NCBI GenBank assembly: GCA_903832855.1
Contig: CAILDB010000014.1
Location: forward strand, 64,144-128,143
DNA: 64,000 bases
DNA from: an uncultured bacterium
Lineage (GTDB): Bacteria > Patescibacteriota > Minisyncoccia > Phycocordibacterales > GWA1-40-21
Direction of reading: 5' to 3'
Below are positions 58,410 through 64,000 of this stretch, one piece after another. Made by a program: the position numbers and the translations under genes. Under the pieces are notes generated by a model that made no database searches, had not been told where the DNA came from, and was given only the letters and a program-made list of their open reading frames with translations. Position 1 is the first letter of the stretch, and every line of letters begins with the position of its first letter.

Positions 58410-58775
58410 TTATTTATAAATCACCTCAACCTTTTTTTCTGTGCTTCGGCCAAATTTATCTTGAGCTTTTACGGATAGGACATTGTAGCCGTAAGAGAGA
58501 AGAAGTTGCTCGTTAAAATTTCCTTTTTCGTCCACGAATATTTTTTTATCATTCAAACTAATATCTGTGATATTTTTTGCGACACCGGATACAGACATAA
58601 GAGATTCAGAAACAGTTGCGCCGTTTAAAGGATAGGCGAGTGCAATTTCCGGTCCGGTTACAATCCTCTGTGCTTCATAGAGACCATATCCGATTACAAA
58701 CAAGGCAAAAAAAGAAATAATTCCTATTTTTAAATATTTTCTATTTTTTTCTCTGTCTGTTTTTATTTGGACCAT
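58410..58775 (-). CDS. Membrane-anchored single Ig-like domain protein
   Basis: TM, then P.I..P.NG, G.F...L..G.N, A.DKFG. Confidence 0.7.
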   Translation of the reverse strand: MVQIKTDREKNRKYLKIGIISFFALFVIGYGLYEAQRIVTGPEIALAYPLNGATVSESLMSVSGVAKNITDISLNDKKIFVDEKGNFNEQLLLSYGYNVLSVKAQDKFGRSTEKKVEVIYK

Positions 58776-58777
58776 TT

Positions 58778-61066
58778 TTATAGATTATCTATTTTTTCTT
58801 CTTCGATTTGCTCGGCACTACCGCCACCTTCGACGGTTTCTTCAAAATCGGTTTCTGAATTACCATCTGTCGCACCTATTACTTCTCTCGCTCTTGAACC
58901 ATCTGCTGGGCCTATCACACCTCTGTCCTCGAGCATATCCATCAGTCGCGCGGCTCTGGCATATCCTACGCGGAGTTTCCTTTGTATGTATGAAGTGGAT
59001 GCTTTCCCCGCACCTTTTACGATTTCTTTTGCTTCTTCATAAAGTGCGTCATCATCACCTCCATCACCCTCATTTTCAAATGTTGCATCAAAAATATTAT
59101 TTCTGTCTGTTGCAGTCTCGGTAAGAGAAATAATTTCCGGAAGCTCATCCTGATAAGAAGTAGCCAAATATTTTGATACAGCTTTTACTTCGCTCTCAGT
59201 AATGTATGCGGACTGAATTCTCACAGGTTTGGACATTTCTCCACCAATGTAAAGCATATCTCCAGCGCCAAGGAGTTTTTCTGCACCCATTGTATCAAGA
59301 ATAGTTCGAGAATCAATTTGAGAAACAACTTGAAGGGCAATTCTTGCAGGAATGTTGGCTTTGATAAGCCCCGTGATAACATTTACTGAAGGCCTTTGTG
59401 TGGAAAGTATTAAATGAATTCCCACGGCTCTGCTCATCTGTGCGAGGCGAACAATTCCGCTTTCTAGTTCGCGAGGGTATGCCATCATAATATCTGCGAG
59501 TTCGTCTACAACAATTACGATAAACGGCATCAATTCCGGGATTTTATTTATTTCCGGATCATATCGTCTTTGTTTTTTGAGTTCCTCAATCTTTTTTAAT
59601 TCCGGTTCAAGGATATTTTTGTGATATGAATCGATGTCTTTGACGGCATGTGTTTCCAAAATATCATATCTTCGATCCATTTCTTTGGTACACCATTTGA
59701 GTGCGAGAATAGTTTTCTTTGCGTCTGTGATAACTGGAGTGAGAAGGTGGGGAATTTTGTTGTAAAGTGTAAGCTCAACTCTTTTCGGATCTATCATTAT
59801 GAATTTCAGGCTCAAAGGAGAATTTTTGTAGAGCAGGGAAGTAATAATAGTATGAATGGTGACAGACTTTCCAGAACCAGTAGCACCAGCGATAAGCATG
59901 TGGGGCATTTTTGCTATGTTTGCAAATTGTAATTTTCCGGAAATTCCTTTACCAAGCGAAACGAGAAGTGGTTTATCTGAATTTTGAAATTCCTCCGAGC
60001 CAACGAGAGAACCAAGTCCTACGATTGATTTAATAGTGTTTGGAATTTCAATACCTACGAGAGACTTACCTGGAATCGGGGCTTCTATACGGAGCGGGTG
60101 AGCTGCGAGTGCAAGTGAAAGATCGTTTTGAAGGCCGAGAATACTTGCAACCTTTACACCTTCTGCAGGCTTTAAAGCATATCTGGTAACGGATGGTCCG
60201 ACAGAAACTTCATCCATTTCCACATCAATACCAAAGTTTTGCAAAGTTCTTTTGATAATATTTGCATTTGCTTTGATGTCACCTACACCCGGCTTACCTT
60301 TGTCATTTGAAAGCAGAGAAATAGGTGGGGGAGTGTAAGTACCTATTGAAGATTGTTTGTCTGAGAATTTGAGTTCTTCGTATTCATCTGGCTTTTTGAT
60401 ACTTATATCTTTTTGGACTCTTTTTGAGGATATTCCACTATCACCCTCAGCTTTCTTTTCATCTTTGTTTATTTTTTCTTCAATCTTCTCAATGTCAGAA
60501 TCATCGTCTTCTTCCTCTTCTTCGTCTTCCTTTTTTTTGCTCCAGCGTCTCCAGAAGAATATCGTATCAACAGTGAATTTTGTTTCAAAAAGTATGAGGA
60601 CAGAAATTATTAAAATGGCGATGAGTATGATGATGGTGGCAGGGAAGCCAAAAAGTTTGAGAAGTGGAATAGAAATAAACTTTCCCAAAAGTCCGCCCTT
60701 TGCAATTTCAAAATATGTTCTGGAGACTGAATCTATGATACCAAGAGAGGAAACAAAAAAAAGTATACCACCAAAAACTTTTAGCTTATTTAAAATTCTT
60801 TCTTCTGCTTTCAAAAAAGAAATACTCAATAGTAAAAATAAAAGAGGGATGAGAAAGTATCCTACGCCAAATAAAAAGTATAAACTTGTGTAAGTTTTTT
60901 CACCCACGATGCCGGCTTTTTCAAGCGGGGCCAAAGAAAAAAGTATTGCAAGGACAAAAAATAATATTGCAAAAATGCCTTGCTTAGTTGTACTTTTCAT
61001 CCCTGAGAGAACTCCTTCTTTGCTTTCTTTTTTAGAATTCTTTTTTGATGATTTAAAATCTTTCAT
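58778..61066 (-). CDS. ftsK: DNA translocase FtsK/SpoIIIE
   Basis: 4TM N-terminus; PHMLIAGATGSGKSV, IDPKRVEL, DELAD, TQRPS, gamma domain GYARAARL. Confidence 0.96.
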   Translation of the reverse strand: MKDFKSSKKNSKKESKEGVLSGMKSTTKQGIFAILFFVLAILFSLAPLEKAGIVGEKTYTSLYFLFGVGYFLIPLLFLLLSISFLKAEERILNKLKVFGGILFFVSSLGIIDSVSRTYFEIAKGGLLGKFISIPLLKLFGFPATIIILIAILIISVLILFETKFTVDTIFFWRRWSKKKEDEEEEEDDDSDIEKIEEKINKDEKKAEGDSGISSKRVQKDISIKKPDEYEELKFSDKQSSIGTYTPPPISLLSNDKGKPGVGDIKANANIIKRTLQNFGIDVEMDEVSVGPSVTRYALKPAEGVKVASILGLQNDLSLALAAHPLRIEAPIPGKSLVGIEIPNTIKSIVGLGSLVGSEEFQNSDKPLLVSLGKGISGKLQFANIAKMPHMLIAGATGSGKSVTIHTIITSLLYKNSPLSLKFIMIDPKRVELTLYNKIPHLLTPVITDAKKTILALKWCTKEMDRRYDILETHAVKDIDSYHKNILEPELKKIEELKKQRRYDPEINKIPELMPFIVIVVDELADIMMAYPRELESGIVRLAQMSRAVGIHLILSTQRPSVNVITGLIKANIPARIALQVVSQIDSRTILDTMGAEKLLGAGDMLYIGGEMSKPVRIQSAYITESEVKAVSKYLATSYQDELPEIISLTETATDRNNIFDATFENEGDGGDDDALYEEAKEIVKGAGKASTSYIQRKLRVGYARAARLMDMLEDRGVIGPADGSRAREVIGATDGNSETDFEETVEGGGSAEQIEEEKIDNL

Positions 61067-61080
61067 AGCACTATTATATC

Positions 61081-61154
61081 ACCCTGTAGTAGAATTTGCC
61101 ATCAAAAATTTTAAGAAAATTTTTAAAAAATAATGGCAAATTTCACTACGGGGT
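61081..61154. repeat. Family B palindrome upstream of ftsK
   Basis: accctgtagtagaatttgcca...tggcaaatttcactacggggt. Confidence 0.75.
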
Positions 61155-61182
61155 ATCAAATTTTTATAATATAAAAAAGTTT

Positions 61183-61361
61183 AAAAGCAAGAGCCGAAAA
61201 TTAAAATTTCACGGGGTCCTGTCGACCTATTCCTTTTGAAATACGCACATAAAATCCTGCTGGATTTTTGTTATGCTCGGCCCAGTCGGCCTGCGCAATG
61301 TATTTCAAAAGGAACAGGATCGCCACCCCTAGCAAAATTTTAATTTTCGGCTCTTGCTTTT
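61183..61361. repeat. Family C element (inverted relative to 13345-13494)
   Basis: Shares ggcgatcctgttccttttgaaat and ttcaaaaggaataggtcgacaggaccccgtgaaatttt. Confidence 0.85.
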
Positions 61362-61523
61362 TGCTTATAAATGTTTCCGATTGTTATTGCAGTGCTTTAC
61401 AACTTTACTGTCCGATATATAATGGACACAAAAGTTCTTCGTCCTTGATAAATTTGTATAAGACAAAATAAAAGACAGGATTCTATCTCAAGGACTCTCA
61501 GTAAAAGACATAACACTATAAAT

Positions 61524-62294
61524 ATGGACGAAAAAACAAATGTTTCAAAATTTGGTCAAATAAAAACAGCAGAAAACAGCCATACGGCTCATAGTATTCA
61601 GCATATCGTCTTTCATGGCGATAATATCGGTTTTTTCATATTTAAAAAGACAGAAAGGATTGTTTCTGCCCTATATATTATTAGTAGTTTTTTGTCTGAT
61701 ACAGCGCCGGCTAGAATTTCTATTAGAGACATCGCTAATAATCTTTTGAGGGATACTCTGGAACTGTCCAATAGGCATTTAAACGAAGACAAAAAACTAA
61801 TCATTGTTATAAAGGGGTTTGCAAATATCTCCATACTTATTAACGCAATTTCTGATGTTGGTGAAATGTCAAAAATGAATGCAGAAATCCTTCTGGAAGA
61901 GATAGAAAAGATAACAGAGATTTTGTTAAAGACATGGTCAAATAAGAACCTAGGCAGTAAGCTTTTTGACTCCTCTTTTTTTGAAATTAATACCGAAGAG
62001 GGCGCTGGTTATAATCAAAAGGACATAAAGGACAGCATAAAAGACAATGTCCTTTATAAAAATACATCTATAAAATCATCTGGACAAACCGGTTCTATAA
62101 AAGACAAAAATAGTAGACAGGATATGATAATATCAATGCTTAAAAAGGATAAAGTTCTAACTATCAAGGACTTTTCAAAAAATATAAAGGGCTGTAGCGA
62201 AAAGACAATTCAAAGGGAGCTTATAAATCTTATGTCAAAAGGTGTCTTAAAGAAAGAAGGGGAAAGGAGGTGGAGTAAGTATTCATTGGTATAA
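61524..62294 (+). CDS. Hypothetical protein with C-terminal winged HTH (DeoR-like)
   Basis: TIKD....CSEKTIQREL..L...G.L.KEGERRWS.Y. Confidence 0.75.
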   Translation: MDEKTNVSKFGQIKTAENSHTAHSIQHIVFHGDNIGFFIFKKTERIVSALYIISSFLSDTAPARISIRDIANNLLRDTLELSNRHLNEDKKLIIVIKGFANISILINAISDVGEMSKMNAEILLEEIEKITEILLKTWSNKNLGSKLFDSSFFEINTEEGAGYNQKDIKDSIKDNVLYKNTSIKSSGQTGSIKDKNSRQDMIISMLKKDKVLTIKDFSKNIKGCSEKTIQRELINLMSKGVLKKEGERRWSKYSLV

Positions 62295-62300
62295 GGTCTG

Positions 62301-62412
62301 AATCCCAGCAGAAAGTCCTTTTGAACTGCACGGATATTTTTTTGCTAAAAAATTCCTCGTGCTCGCGCCGTCGCGCTCCCAAGTCAGTTCAAAAGGACTT
62401 TCTGCTGGGATT
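62301..62412. repeat. Family C core with B-like arms
   Basis: aatcccagcagaaagtccttttgaactg...cagttcaaaaggactttctgctgggatt. Confidence 0.82.
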
Positions 62413-62512
62413 TCCCCTTATTCTATTTAACACTTGTTTTCTCCCTTCATATATGCAATAATACCCCTACCTAATGGAAAACAAAGAAAAGGCCTTTTTG
62501 GCCTCTTTAAAG

Positions 62513-62560
62513 TTATCCACAGGTTGCCATTTTGCTTGTTTATTTGCAAAAGGGTATAAT
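62513..62560 (+). promoter_or_regulatory. DnaA box plus sigma70-like promoter
   Basis: TTATCCACA 62513-62521; TTGCTT-17-TATAAT. Confidence 0.6.
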
Positions 62561-63048
62561 GTACTTTAAGGATAAATTTGTGTCGCCTTTTGTGGCATAT
62601 CTGTGTCCTTAATTTCTGAATTACTTGCAGATTGAGCCCCGCTCAAGGCTCGGTTGTCAGCAAGGTCGAGAACTTTGACAATCAAATATTCTGGACGAAA
62701 GAAAGTCAGTTTAATTTTAGTCAACTAATTTTTTCTACTCGTGTCGAGCTTCATTTTTTAATGGAGAAATATGAGAAGAAAAAAATAGTATTCAAGATAC
62801 ATTATTTTCGTCGGTAGTGTGTCGGCTTTGAATGCAGAAGAAATTTTATTTAATTAATTGTTTCGTTTGTGTTTAAAGTTCGGAGACGAAATCATTTGCC
62901 AAAACATTTAGTTTTTAGTCGAAACTTTTTGTTTTATTTGCGGAGATTATTTCAAAACAAATCGTGCAAATGAAAAACCATAATCCCCTCCACATTATTA
63001 TTTTTTATTAGTTAGGGAGATCAGGATTATAAATTAGAATTATAAATC

Positions 63049-64000
63049 ATGGATAAAAGATTAACGAAATCTTTGATATCAGCTGTTGTCGGAATGACAA
63101 TGGTTCTATCATTGGTTGTCGGAGTAGGAAGCGCTTCAGCTTTGACAGCAAGTGAATTATTGAACTTGCTTATTGCTGCTGGCGTGATTGCTCCAGACAA
63201 AGTTGCTGCTGCTACAGCTGCGATGTCCGCAACTACAGTTACAGTAACTTCAGGTTACAATTACACACGAGATTTAACAATGGGTTCAACAGGCGCTGAT
63301 GTTACAGCTCTTCAGAACTATTTGATCTCAGGTGGATACATGGCTTCAGGATATCCTTTCGGATATTTTGGTGCTGTCACCAAAACTGCTCTTGGTAAAT
63401 TCCAATTAGCAAACGGTATTAGTCCTACAGCTGGATATTTTGGCGCTATTACAAGAGCCAAGATCGCCGCTTTGGGTACATCATCAACCACAACCACAAC
63501 AACAACTACAACAACATCAGGTACAGATTTAGCGGTCAGATTGGCTGCTTCATCACCTATGGCCAGTGCAATTGTTGTCGGTCAGGCAGCTGCTGATCTT
63601 GCTGAATTCACATTCACCAACAACACAGCTACTCCAGCCATCGTTACAAATGTATCACTTGCAAGATTGGGTGTATCATCAGATACAACACTTTCAAATG
63701 TTTACCTTTACAACGGTGCAATGAGATTGACAGATGCCGCTTCGGTCTCATCTGGTAAAATCACATTCAATGCCGGAACAGGATTGTTTACAGTTCCAGC
63801 AGGGAGCTCAATAACAATCGCAGTTAAAGCCGACATTGCTGCAAGCACATCAGGACAACAGGTTGCCGTGGCACTTACAGGAGTTACATCAAATGTTACT
63901 CTTAATGCGTCACTTCCAATCTCCGGTGCTTCAATGAATATTTTTGCTGCATCAGACATCGCTGGTGTTACAATCGGTTCAGTAGTTACTCCAGCCACAG
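63049..64000 (+). CDS. Secreted peptidoglycan-binding-domain surface protein (partial, runs off the window; absent from ORF track)
   Basis: MDKRLTKSLISAVVGMTMVLSLVVGVGSASA signal; RDLTMGSTGADVTALQ..L..GYFG..TK.AL..FQ..NGI; Thr-rich linker. Confidence 0.85.
   Translation, partial: MDKRLTKSLISAVVGMTMVLSLVVGVGSASALTASELLNLLIAAGVIAPDKVAAATAAMSATTVTVTSGYNYTRDLTMGSTGADVTALQNYLISGGYMASGYPFGYFGAVTKTALGKFQLANGISPTAGYFGAITRAKIAALGTSSTTTTTTTTTTSGTDLAVRLAASSPMASAIVVGQAAADLAEFTFTNNTATPAIVTNVSLARLGVSSDTTLSNVYLYNGAMRLTDAASVSSGKITFNAGTGLFTVPAGSSITIAVKADIAASTSGQQVAVALTGVTSNVTLNASLPISGASMNIFAASDIAGVTIGSVVTPAT

Noticed and set aside
63708-63998. 96-aa minus-strand ORF
   Set aside because: Antisense shadow of the + strand surface protein starting at 63049
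1-64000. CRISPR array, tRNA, rRNA, integrase or transposase
   Set aside because: No regularly spaced direct repeats, cloverleafs, rRNA signatures or recombinase motifs seen
1-64000. Complete DGR (RT, template repeat, Avd) in the window
   Set aside because: No RT ORF and no AAC-rich copy of 9040-9186 found by eye
1-64000. Genetic code 25 (TGA=Gly)
   Set aside because: Conserved genes read fully in code 11 and dut ends at TGA right after its last motif

Overview
AT-rich, mostly + strand chromosomal segment from a Patescibacteria (CPR) genome, most likely Parcubacteria of the rpL1-lacking type. Evidence for this: secE-nusG-rplK is not followed by rplA, IleRS carries a histidine-phosphatase insert, GlyRS is alpha2-type, and there is a SWIB protein. 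Genetic code 11 (several genes end in TGA). Contents: a type IV pilus platform/minor-pilin cluster, tRNA synthetases (metG, argS, ileS, glyS), a thymidylate/folate cluster (ndk-dut-dCMP deaminase-kinase-tmk-folA-thyA-glyA), large secreted proteins, a ~10 kb defence/accessory island (AbiE TA, EcoRI-family MTase + DUF262/HNH), dinB, recO, recA, rpsF-ssb-rpsR, efp, ftsK and the start of a peptidoglycan-binding surface protein. Most unusual signals: (1) several families of palindromic elements, some inserted in-frame into TatD, GlyA, a BaiN-like flavoprotein, ArgRS and a secreted lipase, and some nested or mosaic; (2) a DGR-target-like adhesin whose signal peptide is out of frame at a (TC)7 tract; (3) a 17-bp palindrome TGTCAAGGNCCTTGACA inside three housekeeping genes; (4) boxA-like motifs in the leaders of SD-bearing, apparently acquired genes; (5) a candidate ~300-nt structured ncRNA before ileS; (6) a Cys/His-rich domain that occurs both standalone and fused. 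No tRNA, rRNA, CRISPR array, reverse transcriptase or transposase was seen. All calls come from reading the sequence; no searches were run.
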